Origin: an uncultured cyanobacterium
Lineage (GTDB): Bacteria; Cyanobacteriota; Cyanobacteriia; Phormidesmidales; Phormidesmidaceae
Direction: 5' to 3'
Length of the DNA: 64,000 bases
Assembly: GCA_963793265.1 (NCBI GenBank)
Contig: CAWBZI010000001.1
Location: forward strand, 928,001 to 992,000
In this document: positions 19,963 to 30,650 of the stretch, piece by piece
Layout: the number at the start of each line of letters is the position of its first letter
Position numbering within the stretch: the first letter of the stretch is position 1
The notes under the pieces: generated by a model
Seen by the model: only the letters and a program-made list of their open reading frames with translations
What the model was told of the DNA's origin: nothing
The model's database searches: none
Program-made: the position numbers and the translations under genes

Positions 19963-21222
19963 TTAATCGAGCGAGTCGTCACCGTGCCAGCTCACCACTG
20001 GGGGCGTCGTTTCGACCAGTATTTGCCCTCTCGAAATAACTGTCTCTACCGTCGCGCGCTCCAGAATTGCCTCGTATGGACTATGAGCATCCAACACAAT
20101 CAAATTTGCGGAATTTCCAACAGCTAAACCATAGCCATCTTGAACCCCTAGCGTGGCCGCACCGAATGTCGTCACCATGTTGAAGCAGGCTTCAATCTCA
20201 TCAAAGCCCGTCATCTGACACACATGCACCGCCATTTCAGCCACCGCTAGCAAGTTTCCAGTCCCCAGGCTGTACCAGGGATCTTGGATGCAATCGTGGC
20301 CCAAGCTGACATTCAAACCGCTACGCCACAGCTCTTTTACTCGGGTAACACCGCGTCTTTTCGGATAGGTGTCGGTTCGCCCTTGCAAGGTGATGTTAAT
20401 CAATGGGTTAGCGATGAAGTTTATGCGCGATCGCTTCAAAGTTCCCATCAGCTTCATCGCATAGGCATCGTTATAAGACCCGAATGCTGTCGTATGGCTA
20501 GCGCTCACCTTCTCACTCATGCCGCTGCGAATGGCACAGGCTGCAACCACTTCCAAAAATCGTGAGTGCGGATCGTCAATCTCATCACAATGGATATCAA
20601 TCAGCCGATCATACTTCTGCGCCAATTCAAAAATACGATGCACCGAGCGCACCCCGTCTTCGCGCGTCATCTCGTAGTGCGGAATCCCCCCAACCGCATC
20701 GGCCCCCAGCCGCAAAGCTTCCTCCATTAGCGCCTCATTCTGCTCGCTACCATAGAGTCCATCTTGAGGAAAAGCCACAACCTGCAAAGTCATCCAGTCT
20801 TTTACAGCCTCACGAACTTCTAGCAGGCCCTTTAGCGCTGTTAGCTCTTTTTCGCTGACATCTGCATGAGTTCGTACATACAGCACACCTTTGCTAGCCT
20901 GCTGCTTCAGTGTTTTAATCGCCCGCTGCTTAACGTCTTTGAGCGTTAGAAAGTCCTTGCGATCACGCCAAATCTCAATGCCTTCAAACAACGTGCCGCT
21001 CTCATTCCACCGAGGCTCACCAGCCGTCAGCGCCGAATCTAAGTGAATATGCGAATCAACAAAAGGCCCACTGACTAACTTTCCACTCAGGTCTAGCTCG
21101 GTAGAACCAGTGATAGAAAGGTTAGGGGCGATCGCACTAATTTTTCCATCAGCAATCGCAATATCCATTACCTCATCTTCACCGACCAGCCGAGCGCGTC
21201 GTAACACCAGCGAAGCATCCAT
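19963..21222 (-). CDS. codA: Cytosine deaminase
   Basis: HIHLD, 'WNESGTLFEGIE', HCDE, 'GHDCIQDPWY'; start codon uncertain. Confidence 0.92.
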   Translation of the reverse strand: MDASLVLRRARLVGEDEVMDIAIADGKISAIAPNLSITGSTELDLSGKLVSGPFVDSHIHLDSALTAGEPRWNESGTLFEGIEIWRDRKDFLTLKDVKQRAIKTLKQQASKGVLYVRTHADVSEKELTALKGLLEVREAVKDWMTLQVVAFPQDGLYGSEQNEALMEEALRLGADAVGGIPHYEMTREDGVRSVHRIFELAQKYDRLIDIHCDEIDDPHSRFLEVVAACAIRSGMSEKVSASHTTAFGSYNDAYAMKLMGTLKRSRINFIANPLINITLQGRTDTYPKRRGVTRVKELWRSGLNVSLGHDCIQDPWYSLGTGNLLAVAEMAVHVCQMTGFDEIEACFNMVTTFGAATLGVQDGYGLAVGNSANLIVLDAHSPYEAILERATVETVISRGQILVETTPPVVSWHGDDSLD

Positions 21223-21356
21223 ATCCAACCCGTCTTGACTGAAGAACCTTGCGCTGTATGAAGAAAAGCTAACCAGCACATCCAAAAAGTATAAGATCCT
21301 TTTGGGAGAGGTTTTTTCGTGACGCCTAGCAGCGCTTCAAACGAAAATTTACACGA

Positions 21357-21740
21357 ATGGAAATACAGCAGCGCATCAACCAGCAGCGCATACGACACAT
21401 CATCGACAGCTACATGCTCTCAGGCTTGAGCGATGAAGCTGATGCTTTTGATGCCTACGTTAAAGACCTGCTTAATCAATATCCTCAAGGTTTAATTGAG
21501 CTAGCTTTGGTTGAAACACTGACAAAAAGCTGGCTGACAATTCCCATGCAAAAAGGTATTGCTTTTTTAGCAACTGCGCATGAGTGTCTTAAAAGATGGC
21601 AGTCAGAGGCCGCTACTATCGCGCTTACACCTAGCCAATTTTCACATATCACAGGTCTCGATCCTCATGTCGCTTTTGCAGCGATCGCCCAATCGACGGA
21701 TCAACCCACAGCGCACTCAGCTCAATCGGTCGTAGATTAA
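21357..21740 (+). CDS. Hypothetical protein
   Basis: Clean ORF filling the gap between codA and comF; no recognised motif. Confidence 0.7.
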   Translation: MEIQQRINQQRIRHIIDSYMLSGLSDEADAFDAYVKDLLNQYPQGLIELALVETLTKSWLTIPMQKGIAFLATAHECLKRWQSEAATIALTPSQFSHITGLDPHVAFAAIAQSTDQPTAHSAQSVVD

Positions 21741-21774
21741 TAGACTGACGAGCCCAGGGGATAGGGTATTCAGC

Positions 21775-22512
21775 TTAATGTAATGAAGCTCTTGCGACTG
21801 TGGCAATACCGGCAACCAAAAATCCTGACTGCTCAAGTGTATGAACCGCACTCTGAGCTGTTGCCCCTGTCGTATAGATATCATCTACTAGCAAAACCGA
21901 CGCCTTGATGCGCCCATGGGTTCGCTGCGCTGCCTTGTACAAAGAGGTACCGACTTCAAACACTTGGTTGAGGTTTTGCTGACGGGCTACCGGGCTCAAT
22001 TCGTGCTGAGGCTTGGTGGCTTGCGATCGCACTAAACCATGAGGTAGCGAAGGCAGTCTGCTTACTCGGCTAAAAGAATTAGCAATTAGCTCAGCTTGGT
22101 TATAGCCCCTGCTTTTTTGGCGATCAGCATGAAGCGGAATAGGAACGGCATAAATATTATTCGCGTGACTGGCCAAACCGTTTGAGGCGTCAGACTGATA
22201 GGCTAGCCAGTGTTGAGCCAGTGCTGCACCGAGGGGCTCTGCTACATCTGGGCGATCGCCGTACTTCATCGCTAAAATCGCCCGCTTTAAAGCGCCGCCA
22301 TACAAACCCGACGCAACCACCGCTAGCTTATCTGATACGTCGTTTCTGACTGGGATAGGCTTACTTTGCTGCTGCGCAACTTGACGATAGCAATCTGTGC
22401 AAAAAGTTTTAGGGGTTGGGCGATCACATACCGCGCAACCCTGACTCAAGAACAAACTGCCCAAGGAACCTAAACCTGTCCGGCTAAACCGCTCACACCA
22501 TCGGCCACCCAT
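21775..22512 (-). CDS. comF: ComF-family competence protein (Zn ribbon + PRTase)
   Basis: CxxC...CxxC, 'PIPLH', 'RGYNQA', 'LVDDIYTTGAT'. Confidence 0.9.
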   Translation of the reverse strand: MGGRWCERFSRTGLGSLGSLFLSQGCAVCDRPTPKTFCTDCYRQVAQQQSKPIPVRNDVSDKLAVVASGLYGGALKRAILAMKYGDRPDVAEPLGAALAQHWLAYQSDASNGLASHANNIYAVPIPLHADRQKSRGYNQAELIANSFSRVSRLPSLPHGLVRSQATKPQHELSPVARQQNLNQVFEVGTSLYKAAQRTHGRIKASVLLVDDIYTTGATAQSAVHTLEQSGFLVAGIATVARASLH

Positions 22513-22581
22513 AGCCACCAAATCTTTCAAATTCCAGTCCTCAAAGCTCAATTCTCAAAGCTCAGCTTTAAAATCTCAGCC

Positions 22582-22746
22582 TTAAGCAGGACTCGCCTGA
22601 GCCATAACTGTTGTTATTCTGCCGTCTGGATAAACTAGGCACATCGTATCTTGATCGTCATAATCATTTGGAGAATACGAGGTGGCAGTGTCAGCAATGC
22701 TATCGGTGGTCGAATTTGAAGGCTGAGATGATTTACGTGATCGCAT
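22582..22746 (-). CDS. Possible 54-aa small protein
   Basis: Manual translation MRSRKSSQPSNSTTDSIADTATSYSPNDYDDQDTMCLVYPDGRITTVMAQASPA*; sits in an otherwise empty 600-bp gap. Confidence 0.35.
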   Translation of the reverse strand: MRSRKSSQPSNSTTDSIADTATSYSPNDYDDQDTMCLVYPDGRITTVMAQASPA

Positions 22747-23160
22747 AGGGAAATGACTCTTAAAAAGTGACGAAACTCTCGAACTCCCTTCTATTGTTCA
22801 GGATCTACTCAAGGCACCGCGAGCGTATAAGTAGCCGACTTTTTAGGTGCTGCTCAGCACATCTAAATAGAACATAAAGAAAACACCTAAACGTCTTTCA
22901 TATCAACACATTCAGGTGTTTTCTAGTCACGCCATATTAATCCTTGTACAGAGGTTCTTCAGGCAAGCCTTAAAAACTATCGAGCTAGTTTATCTCATCT
23001 TCATGTAGAAACCTCTCTGCCACGTAAATTCACATAGAATCCGGGTGTTCCTAAGACGATTGCGCACAAATGTCTCTGCGAACCCATATTATTAAGACAA
23101 AGTGAAAGTGTAAAAACAAAATAAAGCTTCACTATGCAATAGTCTTTCTCGGCAGAATCT

Positions 23161-23799
23161 TTGGGCGTTGAACTTCGCAGCTACGTTTATCTCGATAATC
23201 TTCAGGCTCAGCACGCAGCTTACATCGGCACCGTTTCAATCGGGTTTCTACCCCTACCAGGAGACGCTTCTCTCTGGATAGAAGTCTCCCCTGGCATCGA
23301 AATCAATCGCATTACAGACGTTGCCCTCAAATCTGCCGTTGTGCGACCTGGCGTTCAGGTTGTTGAGCGGCTGTATGGCGTCTTAGAAATACACGGTAGT
23401 CAGGGAGAGGTAAAGGCTGCTGGTCGCGCAATTTTAGGGTACTTAGGGCTCAAGCAAAAAGATTCTTTAAAGCCAGAGCTGATGTCCAATCAGGTTATCC
23501 GCAATCTCGACCCGCACCACGTACAGCTCATCAACCGCACGCGCCGGGGCCAGATGATCCTCGCCGGAGAAACGCTCTATGTAATGGAGTGCCAGCCTGC
23601 CGCCTATGCTGCTTTAGCCGCCAACGAAGCCGAAAAAGCGGCGTTTATCAATATCCTCCAAATCTCTGCTATTGGCAGTTTTGGCAGGTTGTACTTAGGT
23701 GGGGCTGAACAAGACATCTTAGCCGCTGCTCGCGCTGTTGAAGCCGCCATGAATGCCTTACCAGGTCGTTTGGATGACGACGATGATGACGACGAGTAG
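23161..23799 (+). CDS. ccmP: Carboxysome BMC-T shell protein CcmP
   Basis: '[27 protein letters not shown]', 'VVERLYG', '[16 protein letters not shown]', '[10 protein letters not shown]'. Confidence 0.92.
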   Translation: MGVELRSYVYLDNLQAQHAAYIGTVSIGFLPLPGDASLWIEVSPGIEINRITDVALKSAVVRPGVQVVERLYGVLEIHGSQGEVKAAGRAILGYLGLKQKDSLKPELMSNQVIRNLDPHHVQLINRTRRGQMILAGETLYVMECQPAAYAALAANEAEKAAFINILQISAIGSFGRLYLGGAEQDILAAARAVEAAMNALPGRLDDDDDDDE

Positions 23800-23910
23800 C
23801 TCCTATGTAAAGCCGTATAAAAGTTGTGCAACCAACTATGGCTAGCGTTAGGTGTCTAGAATTTGGCATACAATAGCTCCATCTAGTGTGCAACCAGCAT
23901 TAAGCCAATC

Positions 23911-25878
23911 ATGAGCAGCCCGCGCCTTCATCCCCATACTATTGAAGAAGTCCGCGATCGCGCTGATCTCGTTGATATTGTTTCTGAGCAGGTCGTTCTC
24001 AAAAAGCAGGGCAAAGACTTCGTGGGCCTCTGCCCTTTCCACGACGACAAGTCGCCCAGCTTTAGCGTTAGCCCTACCAAACAGTTTTACTACTGCTTTA
24101 GCTGCGGAGCCGGGGGCAACGTCTTCAAATTTATGATGGAGCTAGGCCAGCGCTCCTTTGCTGACGTTGTACTCGATTTAGCAAAGCGCTATCAGGTTCC
24201 TGTCACTACCATGGAGCCTGCGCAGCAGCAGGAACTACAGCGCAAGCTCACCCTCCGCGAACAGCTCTACGAAATCGTTGCCGTCGCTGCAAAATTCTAC
24301 GAACACGCGCTTTTCCAGCCGGACGGTAAGCAAGCCCTCACTTATCTAAGAGGAGAGCGCAAGCTTAGCGACGAGACTATCAAGCATTTCTTGCTAGGCT
24401 ACGCACCGGAAGGCTGGCAAACCCTTTACGGATACTTAGTAGAGCAAAAGCACTACCCCGTTAATTTAGTTGAGCAGGCGGGGCTGATCGTACCGCGCAA
24501 AGGTGGCAGCGGCTATTACGACCGATTTCGCGATCGCCTTATGGTGCCTATCCATGATGCTCAAAATCGACTGATTGGCTTTGGTGGCAGGGCTCTCACT
24601 GCCGATGCTAAGCCCAAATACCTCAACTCTCCTGAAACCGAGCTGTTCGATAAGGGCAAAACTCTCTACGGGCTAGACAAAGCGAAAGCCTCTATTGCCA
24701 AACAGGATCGCGCCATTGTCGTAGAAGGCTACTTTGATGTCATTGCGCTTCATGCAGCAGGCATTACCTGTGCTGTCGCATCTCTAGGCACCGCGCTCAA
24801 TGCAGCTCAGGTAAAACAGCTTTTACGCTACACCGAATCTAAGCAAATCATTTTCAACTTTGATGCTGACGCTGCCGGGATAAAAGCGGCTGAGCGTGGA
24901 ATTGGAGAAGTCGCGGAGATGGCCTATCGGGGCGACGTGCAGCTGCGCATTCTTACTATCCCTGACGGCAAAGACCCCGATGATTATCTGCGCGTTCATA
25001 CTGCTGAAGAATACATTGCCTTAGCCGATAGCGCGCCGCTCTGGCTGGACTGGCAAATCAATAAGATTGTGCGTGATCGCGACCTCAAACAGGCCGACCA
25101 GTTTCAGCAGGCATCTCAGGCCGTAGTCAATCTGCTAGGCGATATTGCCAACGCCGATACCCGAACTCACTACTTACGGTACTGCGCTGAAATTTTCAGC
25201 CAGGGTGACAGCCGAATCGTACCGCTTCTAGCCGAAAACCTACTCGCTCAAGTTCGTCGCAAGCGCAGATCGCCTGGAGACAAAAAGACAAAATCTAACG
25301 ATGTCCAAGTTCTCAACCGTAGCTTTTTAGAAGAGGCCGAAGCGGCGCTGCTGCGTATCTATATTCACAGCCCTAGTAGCCGCCGTGCAATTTCTGAAGG
25401 TCTAGAGCTACGCGATTTAGGATTCAGCTTTTCTCATCATCGCGCCTTATGGCGAACCGTCACTGAGCTAGTTCGCATAGAAGCAGAGAGCAACCCACAT
25501 TCAGAAACCAGCGTTGTTACCGAGCCGCCAAAGCAAAGCCTGCTAGAAACGCTGCGAAATTTTTCTTCCGAATCAACTGGGCCGCTCTCACTGGTTCATC
25601 ATCTGCTTTATCTCGAAGAAAAAACGAAGTTAGACGTGCTGCGTGAGCCTTTGGTGATTAGAGCAGCGATCGCCTGTCTGGAAAAAAATATGTGTGAAAA
25701 GCGCTACCGCCTCTTGCTAAACCTGTGGTCTGAGAGCGATTTTTCTGCCTCCGTTGAGCAGCACACGCAATATCAGAAGAAAATCATTGCAGAAAAGCAT
25801 CGCATCGCTGAGCTTGAAAGAGAACGCAGCGTGGATTTTGCCGATCTTGCCAGCGTTCCATGGGTGCAGGGAAGCTAA
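23911..25878 (+). CDS. dnaG: DNA primase
   Basis: CPFH...CFSC zinc finger, 'KYLNSPET', TOPRIM 'VVEGYFDV', 'FDADAAG', 'KDPDD'. Confidence 0.98.
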   Translation: MSSPRLHPHTIEEVRDRADLVDIVSEQVVLKKQGKDFVGLCPFHDDKSPSFSVSPTKQFYYCFSCGAGGNVFKFMMELGQRSFADVVLDLAKRYQVPVTTMEPAQQQELQRKLTLREQLYEIVAVAAKFYEHALFQPDGKQALTYLRGERKLSDETIKHFLLGYAPEGWQTLYGYLVEQKHYPVNLVEQAGLIVPRKGGSGYYDRFRDRLMVPIHDAQNRLIGFGGRALTADAKPKYLNSPETELFDKGKTLYGLDKAKASIAKQDRAIVVEGYFDVIALHAAGITCAVASLGTALNAAQVKQLLRYTESKQIIFNFDADAAGIKAAERGIGEVAEMAYRGDVQLRILTIPDGKDPDDYLRVHTAEEYIALADSAPLWLDWQINKIVRDRDLKQADQFQQASQAVVNLLGDIANADTRTHYLRYCAEIFSQGDSRIVPLLAENLLAQVRRKRRSPGDKKTKSNDVQVLNRSFLEEAEAALLRIYIHSPSSRRAISEGLELRDLGFSFSHHRALWRTVTELVRIEAESNPHSETSVVTEPPKQSLLETLRNFSSESTGPLSLVHHLLYLEEKTKLDVLREPLVIRAAIACLEKNMCEKRYRLLLNLWSESDFSASVEQHTQYQKKIIAEKHRIAELERERSVDFADLASVPWVQGS

Positions 25879-25964
25879 GCCTCCTGAAACCCTCGTCTCA
25901 AGTCCTAGCCGGGAATCCTACAGATATGCTGCAAGGCATATCAAAAGCACACGACAGATACACT

Positions 25965-26417
25965 ATGTCTTCGTCCTCCTCGGCACTTCACCCCAAAGAC
26001 TTAGGCAACTACGGTGAGCAGCTTGTCTGCCAATGGCTTGTACAAAAGAACTGCCAAATTATTCAGCGGCAATGGCACAGCCGATTTGGCGAGATTGATT
26101 TAATTGCCAAAGGTCAAAGTGGTCAAGGCGTACTTCGATGCGAAACGCTAGCCTTCGTTGAAGTAAAAACTCGGAGCCAGGGAAACTGGGATGCTGATGG
26201 ACTCCTCGCTATCACCCGATCAAAACAAAAGAAGCTACGCACCACAGCCCGCTATTTTTTAGTCAGACATCCGCATTTTTCAGCACTACCTTGCCGCTTT
26301 GATATCGCCTTAGTCATCTGCCACGCCCGTCTGCCCGCTAATCGACTGACGCTACAGGTTCCAAACACCCAAAAGTATCTCAGCCTTCAGTCATACATTC
26401 GAGACGCCTTCCAGTGA
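25965..26417 (+). CDS. YraN family protein (UPF0102)
   Basis: 'GEIDLI', 'AFVEVKTR', 'RFDI'. Confidence 0.9.
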   Translation: MSSSSSALHPKDLGNYGEQLVCQWLVQKNCQIIQRQWHSRFGEIDLIAKGQSGQGVLRCETLAFVEVKTRSQGNWDADGLLAITRSKQKKLRTTARYFLVRHPHFSALPCRFDIALVICHARLPANRLTLQVPNTQKYLSLQSYIRDAFQ

Positions 26418-26435
26418 CACTCCCCGCCCGTTCTA

Positions 26436-26825
26436 TCAGGCTAGCGTCTCAGGGCAATAGCCCAAACCAATCACAAACTGCTCACGAAACTCTTCAATTT
26501 CGCAGCGATCGGGTTTGCCGTGAGTCACAACTGCAACCTGATAGCGGCGCATCACATCAACTGCTGACTGGCCCATCTCTAGGCCCCACAAAGCCATACG
26601 CACTCGAATCCCAGGCTCATAGGCCGTACCAATTTCATCAAGAAAAGCTGAGAAATTCTGCTCGGCTTGAACATCTGCACTATCGTGCAATTTCACCTTT
26701 ACTATCCAACCGTTTATTTGATGAATAACCGTTATAAACTCAAGCGGTAGCTGGGTTACACCAAGCAAGCGTTCCACTACGCGTAACGTCAAGCTTGCAT
26801 TCGTTAGGTAATAGAGGTATTCCAT
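26436..26825 (-). CDS. Conserved cyanobacterial hypothetical protein
   Basis: 'MEYLYYLTNASLTLRVV...GLGYCPETLA'; familiar cyanobacterial family, function not recognised. Confidence 0.8.
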   Translation of the reverse strand: MEYLYYLTNASLTLRVVERLLGVTQLPLEFITVIHQINGWIVKVKLHDSADVQAEQNFSAFLDEIGTAYEPGIRVRMALWGLEMGQSAVDVMRRYQVAVVTHGKPDRCEIEEFREQFVIGLGYCPETLA

Positions 26826-26955
26826 CGTCCAGAGTAGGGGTGCTACAGTCTAATAGTTTTGTTTTCTTAGCTCTGTTTGCTAAAGGGAACCAAGCTACTT
26901 TGACAGTAGCTAGTACAAACAAAGTCAGTTTTTCAGCGCAACTTCATTTCTTATT

Positions 26956-28173
26956 ATGGCGCAGTGTCCTCCTGAATCCTCGTCTGTAAGCTCAATTGAT
27001 GAGTCAAACTACACAATCTCCCAGCCAGCGATCACAATCGATCGTCAGCTGGCCGCTTACAACTATGAGCTGCCCGAGAACTTAATCGCTCAAAACCCAG
27101 TTGTTCCTAGAGATAGCTCGAATCTGCTAGTGGTAGATGGACCTAATACGCACCAGCATCGCCGTTTTCGAGAGATAACAAATCTACTTTCACCAGGAGA
27201 TTTGCTTATCCTTAATAATACGCAAGTTATTCCAGCGCGACTGTTCGGCAACAAACAAAATACTCAAGTCGCTTCAAAGCAGATAAACCCCAGTTTGGAC
27301 GAAAGCCGGAAAAGTGGCGCTGCCGTTGAAGCTCTGCTAATAGAGCCGCTGGCAGAGGATCGCTGGTTAGCTTTGGTGAAGCCAGGAAAGCGACTTCAGC
27401 CGGGAACGACGATTGAATTTAAAGACTCATCAGAGAATCTATTGCTCACGGCTTTGGTAGAAGCACGAGACGAGGCCACTAACGGGCGTATCCTAAAACT
27501 CATACCTCACAAAAATGCCTCTATAGATGAGCTAATACACCAGCTAGGGCAAGTTCCTTTGCCGCCTTACATTACGCGATCTGAGTCTTTACCAGAACAG
27601 TACCAAACGGTTTTTGCTCGCAGACAAGGCGCGATCGCAGCTCCCACAGCCGGACTTCATTTCACCCGCTCGCTGCTACAAAAGCTCAAAGATAAAGGTA
27701 TTCAAACCGCCGAAATTACGCTGCACGTTGGGATTGGCACCTTTCGCCCGGTAGAAGTGGACAACATCGAAACGCACCAGATGCACCAGGAGCGGATAGA
27801 AGTACCTGAAGCGACTGTTGAGAAAATCCGGCAGACCAAAGCTCAAGGGGGTCGGGTGATTGCCGTTGGAACAACATCAACTCGCGCGTTAGAGGGCGTA
27901 GCGGCTATTTATGGCGAGCTTCGACCATATAGCGGTAAGACTGATGTTTTTATATATCCTGGCTACCGTTGGCAAGTCATCGATGGGCTCATTACAAACT
28001 TTCACCTGCCGGGGTCTAGCCTACTGATGATGGTAAGCGCATTGATTGGACGAGAAAGGCTGATGGCACTTTACCAGGATGCGATCACCCACGAGTATCG
28101 TTTCTATTCTTTCGGTGATGCCATGTTAATTTTGCCAGGAGCGACTCTCTCTAATGCCCATATTGAGGATTAG
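26956..28173 (+). CDS. queA: S-adenosylmethionine:tRNA ribosyltransferase-isomerase
   Basis: 'LIAQ.P', 'PLPPYI', 'AAPTAGLHF', 'TNFHLP', 'YRFYSFGDAM'. Confidence 0.98.
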   Translation: MAQCPPESSSVSSIDESNYTISQPAITIDRQLAAYNYELPENLIAQNPVVPRDSSNLLVVDGPNTHQHRRFREITNLLSPGDLLILNNTQVIPARLFGNKQNTQVASKQINPSLDESRKSGAAVEALLIEPLAEDRWLALVKPGKRLQPGTTIEFKDSSENLLLTALVEARDEATNGRILKLIPHKNASIDELIHQLGQVPLPPYITRSESLPEQYQTVFARRQGAIAAPTAGLHFTRSLLQKLKDKGIQTAEITLHVGIGTFRPVEVDNIETHQMHQERIEVPEATVEKIRQTKAQGGRVIAVGTTSTRALEGVAAIYGELRPYSGKTDVFIYPGYRWQVIDGLITNFHLPGSSLLMMVSALIGRERLMALYQDAITHEYRFYSFGDAMLILPGATLSNAHIED

Positions 28174-28210
28174 AATGCTGGGCATCAAAAACCCTTGAAT
28201 GCTTTAAACG

Positions 28211-28244
28211 CAAAAAGCGCCCTCCCGAAGGAAGGCGCTTTTTG
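28211..28244. terminator. Bidirectional terminator between queA and psbA
   Basis: CAAAAAGCGCC...GGCGCTTTTTG. Confidence 0.8.
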
Positions 28245-28297
28245 TTTAGATCCAAATCAGAACGCTAGGCGTCTGACAAAAGGATTCAGCTTATCAA

Positions 28298-29380
28298 CTA
28301 CGCAGCAATCGAAGGAGCAGTCAAAGCTACAGGGGCAGCTTCGCCAGCAGCCAAGTCGAGTGGGAAGTTGTGTGCATTTCGCTCGTGCATCACTTCCATA
28401 CCGAGGTTGGCACGGTTGAGAACGTCTGCCCATGAACCAATCACACGACCCTGTGAGTCGATGATCGACTGGTTGAAGTTGAACCCGTTCAGGTTGAACG
28501 CCATCGTGCTGATGCCCAAAGCGGTAAACCAGATGCCCACTACTGGCCATGCACCCAACAAGAAGTGGAGGCTACGGCTGTTGTTGAACGAGGCGTACTG
28601 GAAGATTAGACGACCGAAGTAGCCGTGCGCTGCAACGATGTTGTATGTCTCTTCTTCTTGACCAAACTTGTAGCCGTAGTTCTGTGACTCAGTTTCTGTC
28701 GTCTCACGTACCAACGAAGAGGTTACGAGTGAGCCGTGCATTGCTGAGAACAATGAACCACCGAATACACCAGCAACGCCCAACATGTGGAAGGGGTGCA
28801 TCAAGATGTTGTGCTCTGCTTGGAACACCAACATGAAGTTGAATGTACCCGAGATACCCAAAGGCATCCCATCAGAGAACGAACCTTGACCCAAGGGGTA
28901 GATCAAGAACACTGCTGTTGCCGCTGCGACTGGCGCAGAGTAAGCAACACAGATCCAAGGACGCATACCGAGGCGGTAGGATAGCTCCCACTCACGACCC
29001 ATGTAGCAGAAGACGCCGATGAGGAAGTGGAAGATGACCAGCTGGTAAGGGCCGCCGTTGTAGAGCCACTCATCAAGAGAAGCTGCTTCCCAGATGGGGT
29101 AGAAGTGGAGGCCAATTGCGTTAGATGAAGGTACAACCGCACCAGAGATGATGTTGTTGCCGTACATCAATGAACCTGCAACAGGCTCACGGATGCCGTC
29201 GATGTCCACAGGAGGCGCAGCGATGAACGCGATTACGAAACATGCGGTAGCAGCGAGTAGTGTAGGAATCATCAAGACGCCGAACCAGCCAACATAGAGG
29301 CGGTTTTCGGTGCTTGTGACCCACTGACAAAACTGCTCCCACAGAGAGGCGCTTTGGCGCGTCTGTAGTGTAGTAGTCAT
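28298..29380 (-). CDS. psbA: Photosystem II D1 protein (Glu130 form)
   Basis: Full-length 360 aa D1; Mn ligands D170, E189, H332, E333, D342, A344 present; E130. Confidence 0.99.
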   Translation of the reverse strand: MTTTLQTRQSASLWEQFCQWVTSTENRLYVGWFGVLMIPTLLAATACFVIAFIAAPPVDIDGIREPVAGSLMYGNNIISGAVVPSSNAIGLHFYPIWEAASLDEWLYNGGPYQLVIFHFLIGVFCYMGREWELSYRLGMRPWICVAYSAPVAAATAVFLIYPLGQGSFSDGMPLGISGTFNFMLVFQAEHNILMHPFHMLGVAGVFGGSLFSAMHGSLVTSSLVRETTETESQNYGYKFGQEEETYNIVAAHGYFGRLIFQYASFNNSRSLHFLLGAWPVVGIWFTALGISTMAFNLNGFNFNQSIIDSQGRVIGSWADVLNRANLGMEVMHERNAHNFPLDLAAGEAAPVALTAPSIAA

Positions 29381-29450
29381 TATGAATCCTTTTTAATTAT
29401 CTAGGTACGAGGCGGAAGACACGAAAAAGATGAACTTCGCCTATGAATTA

Positions 29451-29479
29451 AATATAACCTATATGAGTCGTTTTGTAAA
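29451..29479 (-). promoter_or_regulatory. psbA promoter
   Basis: Minus strand TTTACA-N17-TATATT, the classic cyanobacterial psbA -35/-10 arrangement. Confidence 0.75.
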
Positions 29480-29526
29480 GTTAGGCAAACATTATGATGA
29501 GAAAATTCTTAAAGATTAATCATTGG

Positions 29527-30555
29527 TTACGTCAAAGGGCCTAGCAGAATAACTGGCTTACGGACTCGCGCAACGAGGCCCCCAGGGTAGGTACCAGTAC
29601 GGCTACCGTTAGGGGCACTTAAGAGATTTATGAGAGCTTCTATTTGCTGGAAGCTAGGCGGCTGATCAAGGGCTTGATGCAGCAATTGACGAAAAACGCG
29701 CCGTTGAAGGGCCAAAGGAGCGCTGTCAATTAACTGAATGCTAATTTCCCAGACGATGCCATTGTTTGAACTCATATTGTTCTCAGAAATCGCTTGAACG
29801 TATAGCTGCTCAGCTTGAGCCTGTAGATAGGCAACGTCTGCTGCTGTGATTTCTGATAGTTGAGAGAGCGATCGCTCTACTTGCGGATTGAAGTGCTCGC
29901 GTAAATAGGGCAGTAGTTCTTGACGAATGCGATTACGACGAAACGTCAGGTCGCTGTTACTGCTATCTTCCCAGACTGCGATTTGCTGCTGCTGACAAAA
30001 ATCGCCCGTCTCTTGCCGACTAAACCCTAAGAGCGGTCTTACTAATGAAACCTTTGGCTCGGTAGCATTCAACAGTCGCTGCCAAGGAAGAGAACTCAGG
30101 CCGTCGATACTGGTGCCTCTAGTGAGATTGTATAAAACGGTCTCGGCGCGATCACTAGCCGTATGCCCTGTCACCACACAGTCATAGCCTTGTGCTTTAG
30201 CAACTTCAGCAAACTTTTCGTAGCGCCATTGCCTCGCTGCGGCCTCACTGTTCAAAGGTTCACGCGCAACTTCTAGCCAGGCAGAAATGCCCCAACTATC
30301 GGCAAGCTTTAAGACATGCGCGGCATTATCAGCGGAGTCTATTCGCCATTGATGATCGCAGTGCAGCAGACCTAAAGACCAGTTCCAATGATTCTTAAGA
30401 TCTAGTAATAAGCGGGCTAAACAAAGCGAGTCCTGCCCCCCAGAAACAGCCATGAGGACACGGCTATTCTTTGGAAGCAGGATGCTTTTGCGTAGCAGGG
30501 TGTGTAGTTTAGCGTGGGCGTTAGACCATGCCATTGCGCCTGTAGCTTCTGTCAC
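29527..30555 (-). CDS. tilS: tRNA(Ile)-lysidine synthase
   Basis: 'AVSGGQDS' PP-loop, 'EAAARQWRY', 'GHTASDRAET', 'RRNRIR'. Confidence 0.96.
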   Translation of the reverse strand: MTEATGAMAWSNAHAKLHTLLRKSILLPKNSRVLMAVSGGQDSLCLARLLLDLKNHWNWSLGLLHCDHQWRIDSADNAAHVLKLADSWGISAWLEVAREPLNSEAAARQWRYEKFAEVAKAQGYDCVVTGHTASDRAETVLYNLTRGTSIDGLSSLPWQRLLNATEPKVSLVRPLLGFSRQETGDFCQQQQIAVWEDSSNSDLTFRRNRIRQELLPYLREHFNPQVERSLSQLSEITAADVAYLQAQAEQLYVQAISENNMSSNNGIVWEISIQLIDSAPLALQRRVFRQLLHQALDQPPSFQQIEALINLLSAPNGSRTGTYPGGLVARVRKPVILLGPLT

Positions 30556-30650
30556 TAGCCTTTGTCACTTCGCTATACAACTCGCTATACAGCCTACGCT
30601 GCTATCAAAACAATTATGAGAAAGCAGCAATAGGGAGGTGGCTGCAAAAC

